DNA of 64,000 nucleotides, taken from Hypanus sabinus. Taxonomy: Eukaryota. The stretch is taken from NCBI RefSeq assembly GCF_030144855.1, contig NC_082720.1, forward strand, positions 57,536,001 through 57,600,000. The letters are read 5' to 3'. Positions within the stretch are counted from its first letter, which is position 1. Every line of letters starts with the position of its first letter. Below the pieces are notes generated by a model. That model ran no database searches, was not told the origin of the DNA, and was given only the letters and a program-made list of their open reading frames with translations. Shown piece after piece: positions 38,782 through 51,195 of this stretch. Position numbers and translations under genes: made by a program.

Positions 38782-41214
38782 ATGAGAGATAATATAAACT
38801 GGCTGCTGAAATACCAACTGTTTTTCTCTTTGTTCTGTCGTTGGAGTCTTGCTTCTGGGCAGATTCGTTACTCTATTCCCGAGGAATTACAACTGGGTGC
38901 CTTTGTTGGGAATATCGCAATTGATTTGGGGTTAGATTTAAAGCAGCTACCGTCTAGACGTTTGCGGGTGGCGCCCAGTCCGAGGAAGCGGTTTGTTGAC
39001 GTAAATTTGGAGAATGGAATTTTATATGTGAATGAAAGAATTGACCGGGAACAACTATGCGGGCCGAGCACTGAATGCGTTTTAATATTCAACGTTGTAC
39101 TTGAAAATCCCCTGGCTCTGCACCAGGTGGAAGTGGAGATTCTCGATGTAAATGACAATGGTCCCAGTTTCCCTCAAAGCCAGATACGCCTGGAAATCTC
39201 AGAGATTATGGCACCGGGAGCAAGATTTCCCCTTGAAACTGCGCACGATCCGGATGTCGGAACTAACTCCTTACAGACATACCAGCTCCTTCCCAATGAT
39301 TACTTTATTCTTGATGCACAGGTACGAGATGGTATAGGAAAGTTCCCGTTATTGGTGCTGCAAAGGGCTTTGGACAGAGAAACGATATCGACCCATCAGA
39401 TAACTCTAATTGCCGTAGACGGCGGAGTCCCTGTGAAATCGGGCACGGCCCAGGTAACAATCACAGTGAAGGATGCGAATGACAACTCTCCTGTTTTCCA
39501 GCAGGCAGTTTATAAGGTCAATATTTTGGAATCGGCTCCCACAGGAACACCGATTATCACGGTAAATGCCACTGATATGGACGATGGTCGAAATGCAGAG
39601 ATAATATATGCCCTCAGCAGGCATAATTCAGCTGAGGTTCGCGAATTAGTTGGGGTGAACTCCAAAACTGGTGAAATCACACTGAAAGGACCGTTGGACT
39701 ATGAACAACAAAGAACATTTATGATTAATATTCAAGCAATCGATAATGGTCATCCCACGATGTCCCAACACTGCGATGTTCTGGTGGACGTAATCGACGT
39801 GAATGACAACGCTCCTGAGCTGATCTTCACATCCATTGTAAATGCCGTAACAGAAAATGCTGCAGTGGGAACTATTGTCGCCCTTATCACCGCAGAAGAT
39901 AAGGATTCTGGACAAAATGGGCAAGTACAATGTCAAATTCCGAATAAACTTCCCTTTAAGTTAGATTCGTCAATAACCAACAGTTGGATACTGCTTATAC
40001 AGCATGAGCTAGATCGCGAAACTACCTCGAGTTATGACGTCACTGTAACTTGCATGGACACGGGGAACCCTCAGCTCACATCTAAGGAAACGATCCATGT
40101 GGAAGTTTCAGATGTAAATGATAATGCCCCAAGCTTTACACAGCCTACATACACGGTAAATGTCATGGAAAATAACGCCATTGGGAATTCTATATTCTCT
40201 CTGAACGCCTTCGATCCAGACACGGCACAGAATTCCCGCTTGAACTTTACTATCCTGAATTCACCCGCAGCTTCGTATGTCTCCATCAACTCGCAGACTG
40301 GTGTCATATTTGCTCGGAGATCCTTTGATTACGAGCAGTTAAAAAACTTTCAGATATACATTAAGGTTCAGGATGCTGGAGTCCCACCACTCGCCAGTAA
40401 CGCTACAATCGATGTTAATATCCTTGATCAGAACGACAATCCCCCGGTGATCGTGCATCCTCTGCCCGAGTATGGGTCAACAGTAATGGAGACAATAAGC
40501 AGGTTTGCTGAACCTGGATACCTCGTTGCCAAGGTTTCAGCTACTGACGCCGATACTGGGCAGAATGCTCGTCTGTCTTACCACATTTTTCAGGCTACCA
40601 ATCGAGATCTTTTTACTATTTCAGAAATCACCGGTGAAATTTGGACTATCAGGACGATTCAGAGGAAGGATGCTTCTAAGCAAAGACTTGAGATTGTCGT
40701 AAAAGATAACGGAATGCCCTCACTTTCAGCCGCAGTAACCATAGAGATATATGTGACAGGAAGTGAAACGATCTCCAGCTCCACCAGCTTAAGCAACGAT
40801 CGTGAATTCTCTCCCAAAAGAAACCTTTACTTAGTCATAGCCTTAGGGTCGATATCTATAATTTTCCTCGTAATTTTAATTATTCTTGCTATTATAGTTC
40901 ATAATAATAGAAATGGAATGGAATGCCAGTACAATGTTTGTTATTGTTTGGAAACAAGAAATTTTCTAAATGGGACTCAAAAAGCCAGTAGAAGCCTTCA
41001 TATACCACCGAACTACGTTGAGGTATTCGGAGGTGATCCACTTTCTCAGAGTTTCCGTTACGAGTCGTGTTCGACTTTGCAGACCATGAAGAGAGACTTT
41101 ACAACCCCGCACGGACCATCTCCATCTGTTCCCTACAGCCAAAAGAAACTCATAGTGAAAGAGACCCTTGGCATCCTAAACTCTGAAGTCTACAGTTACA
41201 ATACAAATAATGAG
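38782..41214 (+). CDS. Clustered protocadherin variable exon V5 (group B)
   Basis: ORF 38782-41259 with six EC repeats and a TM helix. Donor GAG|GTGAGC at 41214/41215. Confidence 0.95.
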
Positions 41215-42511
41215 GTGAGCTACTTCGCACAGAAAAATTTGTTCTGGAATTTAGGGTGAATGCGATTAAGAGGCCGAAATTATTATCTAGCTCAAAGCAT
41301 TTTGTAGGTAGTGGTTTTGAGCCAAATATATACTATTTTAATCTTCTTGGATTCTTGTAGCCATGCATATATTGTCATCGTATAACTGCACCAGGTCCCG
41401 GAAGCTCAGATGATTCTCTAAAGTATTGCTTTCGCAATTGACGTTTATCGTACTGCTCTGTGTAGGGTTAAACTTGTCCATATTTCCTACACTTTATATA
41501 TTTTGCTATCTTGTAAAAAAAAATGCGAGTAAACTTCTGAGCACTTCCGTTGAAAGTAGTAGTTTTCAGCAGATTTCTTCGGTCACCACGTATTGTGAAG
41601 GCACATAGATGCTGCAAAGCGCATACACAAAATCCAAACATTGCTGCGACAGCTGGGAAGCGAGAACCAGGGCTATACGTTTCCAGCCGTTAACCTTAAA
41701 TCCGAATTCGATGTAAGTTGATCAGTCTGTAAATTTATATTTGGTTTTCTCTCCGGCGGTGCTGCTTGACAAGATGAGTACTTCAATACATTTTGGGTCC
41801 TTAATTCGTTTCTAAATTATCCGCAGTACTTTATCTACTACTAATAAGCCTAGTCCTTCATACTAGGCATTATGGAACTCTATGCTGTGGGTGTTACCAG
41901 TTTAATGCAAGAGAAAATATTCCAACAAGATTCTGATTACCTCCTTCTTATTGGTGAAAGTCTGTGGACATCTCCCAAAGCCCATAGAATCAACATATAC
42001 GGTCTCTTATCACAGTCAGTGTATGTATGTGGCAATTTCAAATTTTGCTGATACATAGAGAGTAGGGCATAGACTTAGTAGGGCATGGGACTTTGCTGTG
42101 TGGTTACTGCCTAGTTCATTTACATTCCTTTATTAGCCAGGTCTGGGAGAACATTCGAGAAATACCAATGAGTTATGCTAGCGAATTCTGCGGTAGAATG
42201 AATTTGCCGTACTACTAATCAGGATGAAGGTTTTGATTTGAATGGTATTGTGTGCTATGTGTACTGTCACAGTTAGATATTCGGGTAGTTGTTAAATATT
42301 CAAGGAAAAAACTGATTTGTGGCTTTCAAGTTTCAGAAGACAAGAGAAACAACAAAAGCCCGCTTCTGATGATCCATCATAACTATAGCACTTAAGTTGT
42401 TCAATCATTATTTTGAGAATCAATGATGGCACCGTGACTAAATTCGGGGAGAAGTGGTTGCTCAGGATGGGCAATGGCAAGCAATTCTGTTATTTTTTTA
42501 AAGTGTACTAC

Positions 42512-43487
42512 CATGTATTGTAAAGTTAACAAATTTCACGACATATGCCGGTGATATTAAACCTGCTTCTGCTACAGGTTCTGATCATGTAAAAGCACAG
42601 CATGCAAAAGCACTCCGAAAACAAAACCTAGAGTGATTGACTGTGTTCAAAATGTAATGCAGATTGCAATTCATTAAGTGTCTTACTAGTTCTTATATTA
42701 GACATGATCTATAGTTATATTTGGAGAAGTGAATAGAATAGTAATGTAGTTTTTTTTAAGTGTTTCTTGAGTGTTTCTTAAGTTACAAGTCAAAGCAACA
42801 GTATTCTGTGGAACTTCTTTCATGTGAGTATGGACATCTTGCCTACTTAGGGAATGTTGAATACAAATTTGCATCGTGTGCTCGACAACAGACTTTCCCA
42901 ATTATAGTAATATGCTGGAACATAGCTTAGGAAGTGTCCGAGACGGAAGTGTAGTTACTGAAGAGATGCTTTGCTTTACAGATTAGCAGACTTGAGCAAT
43001 CAAGGTTATGATTCTTTGTCTGGTTATGTGAGTGCCATCGGTAAGGCTAGTGTTACCCATCCGATGAGGCCCTTAGAAAAGTGGCGAAGAGACATCATTA
43101 TAAGGCAATGAGGTGGTGGATCTCCTGCAAAGTTACTGCAGAAGAAGTTCCAAGAATTCCATTTAGGAGCAGTGAAACAATTGTGATATATGATTCCTGG
43201 TCAAAGCTAAACGTATTACAGGATGAAAGCAGAGAATATTAAAGTACTACAAGTTCTATTCTATTCACTTCTCCAAATATAACTATAGATCATGTCTAAT
43301 ATAAGAACTAGGAAGACACTTAATGAATTGCAATCTGCATTACATTTTGAACACAGTCAATCACTCTAGCTTTTGTTTTCAGAGTGCTTTTGCATGCTGT
43401 GCGTTTACATGATCAGAATCTGTATCAGAAGCAGGATTAATATCACCGGCATATGTTGTGAAATTCGTTAACTTTACAATATACATG
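42512..43487. repeat. Inverted repeat: arms 42512-42741 and 43256-43487, about 96% identical, 514-bp spacer
   Basis: Manual reverse-complement alignment gives 9 substitutions and one 2-nt indel over ~230 nt. Confidence 0.92.
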
Positions 43488-44446
43488 ATAAATATAGAAC
43501 AAAAGAACGGAATTACACCAAGTACATACATGTATATCAAATAGTTAAGTTTAAGTCAGTAGTGCAAAACAGAAATAAAAGAAGGAGTGAGGTAATGTTC
43601 ATGGGTTCAATGTCTATTTATAAACTGGACGGCAGAAGGAACAGTGTTCCTGAATCGCTGAGTGTCTGCTTTCAGGCTTCTGTACCTCTTTCTTGATGGT
43701 AACAATGAGAAAAGGGCATGTCCTGGGTGGTGGGCGTCCTTAATGGTGGACACCGCCATTCTGAGGCACCACTCCTTGAAGATGTCTTGGATAGTACATG
43801 GGGTGGTACACATTATGGAGTTGACTCACGTTGACACTTTCTGCAGTTTACTTCGAACCTATGCAGTAAACCCCAACCCTACTTGCGCCCTTGATCCATA
43901 CCAGACGATGATGCTGCCTGTTAGAATGCTCTCCACAGTAGAAGTTTTGGAGGAATTTAGGTGATAAACTAAATCTACTCAAATTCCTAATAAAATATTA
44001 TCGTAATCTGCCCTCTTTATAGCTGCATTGATATGTTGTGTCCAGGTTAGATCCTCAGATATGTTGACAGCCAGGAACTTGAAATTGCCCACTCTCTCGT
44101 CTTCTGTTTCCCCTGTGAGTATTGGTTTATCTTTCCTCATCTTACTCTTTCTAATGTGTACAATCAGCTTTTTGGTCTTACTGTCAACGTGTGCAAAGTT
44201 GTTGCTGCGACACCACCCAACCAGCTGGTCTATCTCCCTCCTGTACGCCCGCTCATTACCATCTGAGATTCTGCCAACATGGTTGTATGATCAGCAAATT
44301 CATATGGCACTTGAACCATGCTTAGCCACACAGTCATGGGGATAGAGAGAGTGAATCAGTGCGCTCAGCATTCATCCCTGAGGTGCGCAGTGTTGATTTC
44401 AGTGAGGTGGAGATGTTATTACCAATCCGCACAGACTGTGGTCTTC
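43412..44446 (-). mobile_element. Rex1/Babar-like LINE, 5'-truncated
   Basis: Minus-strand IQDIFKEWCLRMAVSTIKDAHHPGHALFSLLPSRKRYRSLKADTQRFRNT. The 3' tail tcagaatctgtatcagaagcagg begins at about 43413. Confidence 0.8.
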
Positions 44447-44696
44447 ACAGTCGCATTGAAGGATGTGAATGACAAATCTCCTGCATTCTCGTAGTTGGTG
44501 TAATCAAGACAATATGCTGTGATCAGCTACCATAGTATCTCCCACTATTACGTTAAGTGCCACTGATTGGATGATGCCCCGAGTGGAGAGAAAACCTCTG
44601 CCCTCAGCAGCCATAACTAAGATGAAATTCGCGAAGTAGATGGCGTGAATTCCAAAACTGGGGAATTAAAATTGCAAACTCTGCTGGTCTATGAGC
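44447..44696 (+). pseudogene. Decayed fragment of a group-B protocadherin exon (end of EC2 to the LDYE region of EC3)
   Basis: The segments acagtcgcattgaaggatgtgaatgacaaatctcctg, gccactgattggatgatg, gccctcagcagccataa and gtgaattccaaaactggggaa align with about 46405-46655 of V6 and the same part of V5/V7, with stops and indels. Confidence 0.85.
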
Positions 44697-45389
44697 CAGG
44701 GAATGTTAAAGTACCTTAATGACTATTGTGTTTTTTGCCTCAGCAGAGCGGCGTCTGTTGATTAAGTTTCCATTCATTTCTTTAGTAACAGCAATAGATC
44801 ACATTTGATATTAGGACTGAACAGTCTAGACGTGGTGGATTCTGGCTGACATTTTACAAAGAGGCAAAAGTATTAGCTTTTGCTTTACGTAACGACCACT
44901 GGGATCATTTCATCGACAACATTTAAATTATGAAAAGCTATAGATACAAACAAATTTACTAGGCTATTTATTATGGACAGAAACATATTTTGGCTATACA
45001 AATATTCGCTTAAAACTGCTGCAAAGAGAGAGATTTCATCCTGGTAAAGCAACTTCTCTTTTTCTTTTACTTCATTTGGTGGGGGTCGACAGGGTTACAT
45101 AAGAATTAATTAGCAGGTGTCCACCATTGCAAACCCACGATGTAACAAGTGTATATGAACCCCGCATGTGATTTCATTATAAGCAAGAGGAGACGCTTGA
45201 TTGAATTTGATCTCGATCCTCGGGGCTTTATCTCATGTTTGTCATTTAAGATATTAACTGTATCATAGTTCCTGAAATGACAATCAAGGACTGAAATTTC
45301 CGCAGAAATCAAAATAATCTAGAATGCTGAAACAAATTTCAATTGTACACTACTAAATGTAAGCAGATGCGCCAAATTAAGCACTTCTT

Positions 45390-45519
45390 GCTTTAAGAAA
45401 TCAGATGATTCTAATTGGTCAGATAAGAATACTGCATTATCGACCAATCAGAAGCTGAGGTGTGACTGGTGATCCGCACAGCCCCCTTCAGTACCAAGCC
45501 GCCATGGCTTAGGCTCAGA
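45390..45519 (+). promoter_or_regulatory. V6 promoter module
   Basis: GCTTTAAGAA 45390; ATTGG 45414; CCAAT 45444 (25-nt spacer); GTGATCC; GCCGCCAT. Confidence 0.8.
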
Positions 45520-45729
45520 CGCCGTGAAAACGGCATGAGAAACAACACCGGAGTATCTGTACACAGTTCGTTTCAAACTGGAGACGACGTAAGAACATTT
45601 CAATGTAAATAACAGAGAATATCGTAAAAGGGAGGCGAGTGTTTTCTGCATCGCAAATTATCATTTGCCTAAATCGCTGCTAAAAGGCTTTGTCTCGGGT
45701 CGAAACTATTGGAATGATTTCTCCTGGAA

Positions 45730-48168
45730 ATGAGAGATAATATACACTGGTTGGTGAAATATCAGCTGATTTGCTGCTTGTTTGCCCATTTGGATTTTGT
45801 TCGTGGCCAGATTCGTTATTCAGTTCCCGAGGAATTGCAAGTAGGTGCTTTTATTGGGAATATCGTACTTGATTTGGGGCTAAATTTAAAACAGCTGTCG
45901 GCTCGCAGATTGCGGGTGGCGCCCAGTCCGAGGAAGCAATATATTGACGTCAGTATGGAGAATGGGATTTTATTTGTGAATGGAAGAATCGACCGGGAGC
46001 AACTTTGCGGGCCAAGCATCGAATGCGTTTTATCATTCAACGTTGTGCTTGAAAATCCCCTCGGTCTGTACCAGGTGGAAGTGGAGATTCTCGATGTAAA
46101 TGACAACGCTCCCAATTTCCCTGAAAGCCAGATCAGACTGGAAATCTCAGAGATTATGGCACCGGGAGTGCGATTCGCTCTCGAGGCCGCACAAGATCCG
46201 GACATTGGAACTAATTCCTTGCAGACATACCATCTCCTTCACAATGAATATTTCATTGTCGATGTACAAGTACACGATGGTATAGGAAAGTTCCCAGTAT
46301 TGGTGTTGCAAAAGGCATTGGACAGGGAAACGATATCGACCCATAGGTTAACGCTACTTGCTGAAGACGGCGGAGTCCCTGCGAAATCCGGCACAGCCCA
46401 AATAACAGTCACAGTGAAGGATGCGAATGACAACTCTCCTGTTTTTCCGAAGTCGGTTTATAAGGTAAATCTGTTGGAATCGGCTCCCATAGGAACTCTG
46501 ATTGTTACGTTAAACGCTACTGATTTGGACGATGGCCCGAATGGGGAGATAACGTACGCCCTCAGCAGCCAGAATCCAGCTGTGGTTCGCGAATTAGTTG
46601 ATGTGAATCCCAAAACTGGTGAAATCAAACTAAAAGGACCATTGGACTATGAACAACGCAGAACATTTATGATTAATCTGCGAGCAGTCGATAATGGTCC
46701 GTACCCAATGCCCCAGCACTGCGATGTGTTTGTGGATGTCATCGACGTTAATGACAACGCTCCAGAAATGTCAGTGACGTCCCTGTCAAATGCCGTGGCA
46801 GAAAATGCTCCAGTGGGAACCCTTATCTCCCTCCTCAGTGCGGAAGATAAGGATTCTGGGCAAAATGGGCATGTCGAATGTCGAATTACGAATAATCTTC
46901 CCTTTAAGTTAGATTCCCCTGTGAAAAACAATTGGAAACTATTTATACAGCATGCACTGGATCATGAAACTACCTCCAGGTATGACATTACGGTGACTTG
47001 CACAGATGCAGGGACGCCGCCCCTCACATCCAAGGAAACGATCCATGTGGAAGTTTCAGATGTAAATGATAATGCGCCAAGATTTACGCAGTCTCTATAC
47101 ACAGCAAATGTTATGGAGAACAACGTTATTGGGGAGTCCATATTCTCCCTGACAGCTTTCGATCCAGACACAGGTCAGAATTCCCGATTGGACTTTACTA
47201 TCCTGGATTCATCCGAGGCCTCATATGTCTCCATCAACTCCCAGAGTGGTGTCGTATTTGCTCAGAGATCTTTTGATTACGAACAGTTAAAAAACTTTCA
47301 GGTATACATTAGGGTTCAGGATTCTGGTGTCCCACCCCTCTCCAGTAACACGACAGTTAATTTTGTTATCCTTGATCAGAACGATAACGCCCCAGTGATT
47401 ATACATCCTTTACCCGAGTATGGGTCAACAGTAATGGAGACAATATCCAGGTTTGCTGAACCTGGATACCTTGTGGTCAGGGTCTCAGCTACTGATGCCG
47501 ACGCTGGTCAGAATGCCCATCTGTCTTACCACATTTTTCAAGCTACCCATCTCGATTTGTTCACGATTTCTGCGGACTCTGGTGATATTTGGACTATCCG
47601 TAGTATACGAAATAAGGATGCTATAAAACAACGGCTGGTGATTGTTGTAAAAGATAAGGGAACACCCTCACTATCAGCCACGGTAACCATAGCAATATCT
47701 GTGACAGGAAGTCAAAAGGTCCCCAATGCCACCAGCTTAAGCAAAGATCGCGAGTTCTCCCCTAAAATGAACCTTTACTTAGTCATAGCATTAGGAACGA
47801 CATCTATTGTTTTCCTCATAATTTTAATTATCCTTGCTATTAAAGTTCATAATAACAGTAACGGAATTAGATGCCAATACAATGTTTGTTACTGTTTGGA
47901 AACAAGAAACTTAAATGGAACTCAAAAAGCTCGAAGAAGCCTTCAGATACCGCCTAACTATGTTGAGGTATTCGGAGGTGATCCACTTTCTCAGAGCTAC
48001 CGTTACGAGTCACCATGTTCAACTTTGCGGTCAGTGAAGAGAGAATTCCCGACACCCCACACACGAGGAGTGTCTACAGATATTCCCTATGCACAGCAGA
48101 AACTTCTTGGGAAAGAAAGTGCAGGAATGGTAAATCCTGAAATCTACAGCTGCAATACACATAATGAG
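45730..48168 (+). CDS. Clustered protocadherin variable exon V6 (group B)
   Basis: ORF 45730-48177. Donor GAG|GTGAGT at 48168/48169. Confidence 0.95.
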
Positions 48169-49029
48169 GTGAGTTAATTCACAAAAGAAAGTAAATCGTT
48201 TTGGTTTTCCGGCCATTGCATATCCTGGGACAACTTGAATCTCTCCGTCAAAGTATTCTTGGTTCATGATCCACAACCCTACTTGTCGTGCATTTTTTTT
48301 CTGTTCGGAATTTTGGAGGGTTGTATGTAATTGCAATGCGTTCTTTCACAAAGTCCTGGAAACCCACAGACTTTTCTTAAGTGAAGTTAATCAAAGTGCT
48401 AGATGGGGGGTGGGGGGGGGCGGGAGCTTAAACTGATTCACATTTACTACACTCATATTTTAGATCTGTTGCCAAAACCCAGGAGCATACCCCTGAACAT
48501 AACTTGCTGTGAGCTCATCATTTGAGAGTAACTGTTCTTCCCAGTTTTTTAAAGTCACTTGCATTTAAAAGCTGAGGGAAATAATTATGTCGCAGCTGAA
48601 AAGTAGAAATCAAAACTAGCTTGATATATAGAAATTACAGCAACATCTGTGGAGCGAGAATGAAGCGTCCACGTTTCGTTCAATGAAACATTTTGGATTA
48701 CTATTTAGTATTTAAACTATGTATTGTATCTAAATTATCTGCTACTCAGCCAGAGTGTTGATTCTGACATTAATTAATTCTGCATATATTATTGGTGTTA
48801 CATAATCAATCTAACAGGGATTCTTCCAACAAGACGCTGATTGCCTCCTTTTTAGTGACTGAAGTGTACCGTGTCCTCAAACGCCGCAGAAACCAAATAT
48901 GTCTCCTGTGACAGCTTCACACAATAGTTCATTCACAAGTCTCTAATAAATAGTGAGGTATGTCTTAGCAGTGCATGGGACTTTGTCGTGCTGTTATTTC
49001 CTTGTGCATTTAAATTTCTTTATTAGAGT

Positions 49030-49585
49030 CATAGCTTCAAAGAGAAGTACAGGGCAGAAACGGGCCCTTCGTCCGGCCTTCCATGTCGAGACCATTTAAA
49101 TTGCCTGCTCCCATCGAACTGCACCGGGACCATAGCCTATTATCCATGTACCTATCAAAACTTCAAACGTTGAAATCCACCTCGCATCCTGCACTTGTGC
49201 TGGCAGCTCATTCAACACTCTCACAATCTGCTGAGTGAAGTAGTTTCCCCCCATTTTACCCTTAAACTTTTCATATATCACTCTTAACCCATGAATTCTG
49301 ATTATAGTCCCACCCCAAACTCAATGGAAAAAGCCTGCTTGCATGTATCCTTTCTATACTCCCGAATTAATTTGTACAGTGCAAACAAATCTTCTCTCAA
49401 TCTTCTACGTTCTGAGGAATAAAGGCCCAATCTATTCAATCTTTCTTTATAACTCAGGCCCTCCAAACCTGGCCACATCCTTGTAAACTTTCTCTGAACT
49501 CCTTCAAACTTATTTGCATCTTTCCTGTAAGCAGGTGACCAGACCGTCATACAATACTCCAAAATTAGGCCTCACTGATGTCTTA
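49030..49585 (-). mobile_element. CR1-type LINE 3' fragment
   Basis: Minus-strand EYCMTVWSPAYRKD..VQRKFTRM and YFTQQIVRVLNELP. Confidence 0.88.
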
Positions 49586-50857
49586 CCCAACAATTATCCA
49601 GATCTGAGAGAGAATTTGGAGAAATATCAATGAGTTATTCCAGTTCACTCTGTGATGGACTGAATAAATATTTAAGGCATTTTATGTACTGCTAATCAGG
49701 ATGAATGCTTTGATATGAATGGTATTGAGTATTCCGGGTGATTTTATATTTACATTTTCGAGTACTTGTAAATTATTTAAGCATTGTGTCGAGCTTTTTC
49801 CAAGTAAGTAAGGACTGTTTACTTTCGTGACGAATGTTAAATATAAATTAACATCGTGTGGTCAACAGCGAACATTCACGCACATAATATTGAGCTGCTA
49901 TTTTCGGAAGTCTTCGAGATAGAAAATTCCACAGCAATTCCCAAACAATTATTGCAGATATGGTTTGGTTTGGGGATTAGCATTCTTCAGTATCAACGTT
50001 GTGATTCTTTGTATCCTGGATATGGGTGTTACATGCAAGGCTAGTGTTTCTCTCATCCATGTTGCCCTGGGAGAAGAAGTGAGGAGACTCCTCCCCGAAT
50101 CACTGAGTCCGTTGCGTTGAGACAGCTCCCGTAAATTTATTGCGTAAAAGTTCGAAGGTTTAGGTCCAGGATTAGTGAAGGAACTGTGATATATAATTCC
50201 CAGTCAAAGTTAAAGGTAGAGCAGGAATGAAACCAGAGCATATTAAAGTAATTATGAGAATATTGAATTTCGAGTCAGTGGAGTGGCATTGTACAGGTTA
50301 TATCCATTCACTTCTGCAGTGATAGTCTTCGATGTCGTCAGATATCGGGACTGGAAAGGGATTTAATCATAGACATGATGGCATTCCAATTTACATTTAA
50401 AACAACGCCGGTTTCTTTAGCCTTTCCTTCAGCAAATGACCATGGAGAGAGACTTACACGGAAACCTTCACATTATGAAAAGCTATTGTTAATATTCGTC
50501 TTGGCAAAGCAGCTCTATATTTGTTTTTGGTTTGGTCTGTACAAAGGGAGGTGTGTGAAATAGTTCCATGAGTATTAACTACTAGCTGGCAACGACTATA
50601 AAAGAACGATGAAACACATGTACATAGACCATTTCTATAATTAGATTCTCAGCAAGAGCAAATACTTTTTTGAATCTTATCTCTTCCTGAAGATATTTTC
50701 CAACAGTTGATCTTTAAGGTATTTGCTGCATTGAGTATATTAAACTATGATTCGGAGGCTAAGTTTCTGTAAAACTCTTTATCATCTAGAATGCTGAATT
50801 TAATTTAAATTGTGCACTATTAAATGTAACAACTCAGCGTCAGATGGAATATCACTT

Positions 50858-50987
50858 GCTTTAAGAAATTAGCTAATTCCAATTGGCCAAATATGAAAGC
50901 TTCATCGTTCACCAATCAGAAGCTGAGCTGCAAGTGGTGATCCGCGCAGCCCCCTTCAATACGCAGCCGCCATCACGTACGATCAGA
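50858..50987 (+). promoter_or_regulatory. V7 promoter module
   Basis: GCTTTAAGAA 50858; ATTGG 50882; CCAAT 50912 (25-nt spacer); GTGATCC; GCCGCCATC; GATCAGA. Confidence 0.8.
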
Positions 50988-51195
50988 TGCCGTAAAAACT
51001 GGATACCAGCAGCACCGGAGGATTTACACACGGCTCGTTTCGAATTGGAGAAAAATGAGAAAATAGCAATCCAAACAACATAGGAGATATCAAAAACGTG
51101 CAAATATTTTCTGCAACGTATTGGTCCCAGTTAAATAAATCGCTGTGAAAAGGCATTGTCTCGGGTCGAAACCATTGGAATGATTTCTCCTGGAA

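Noticed and set aside
46957-46968. Calcium-motif variants (LDHE in V6 EC4, FDHE in V4 EC5, DVNDH in V9)
   Set aside because: The acidic ligands are retained and such variants occur in functional cadherins, so this is no evidence of pseudogenisation.
51137-51146. AATCGCTG in group-B leaders as a possible CGCT-core CSE
   Set aside because: It is preceded by A/T-rich sequence rather than CCACnAGRTG, is absent or changed in V2-V5, and lies only about 55 nt from the ATG.
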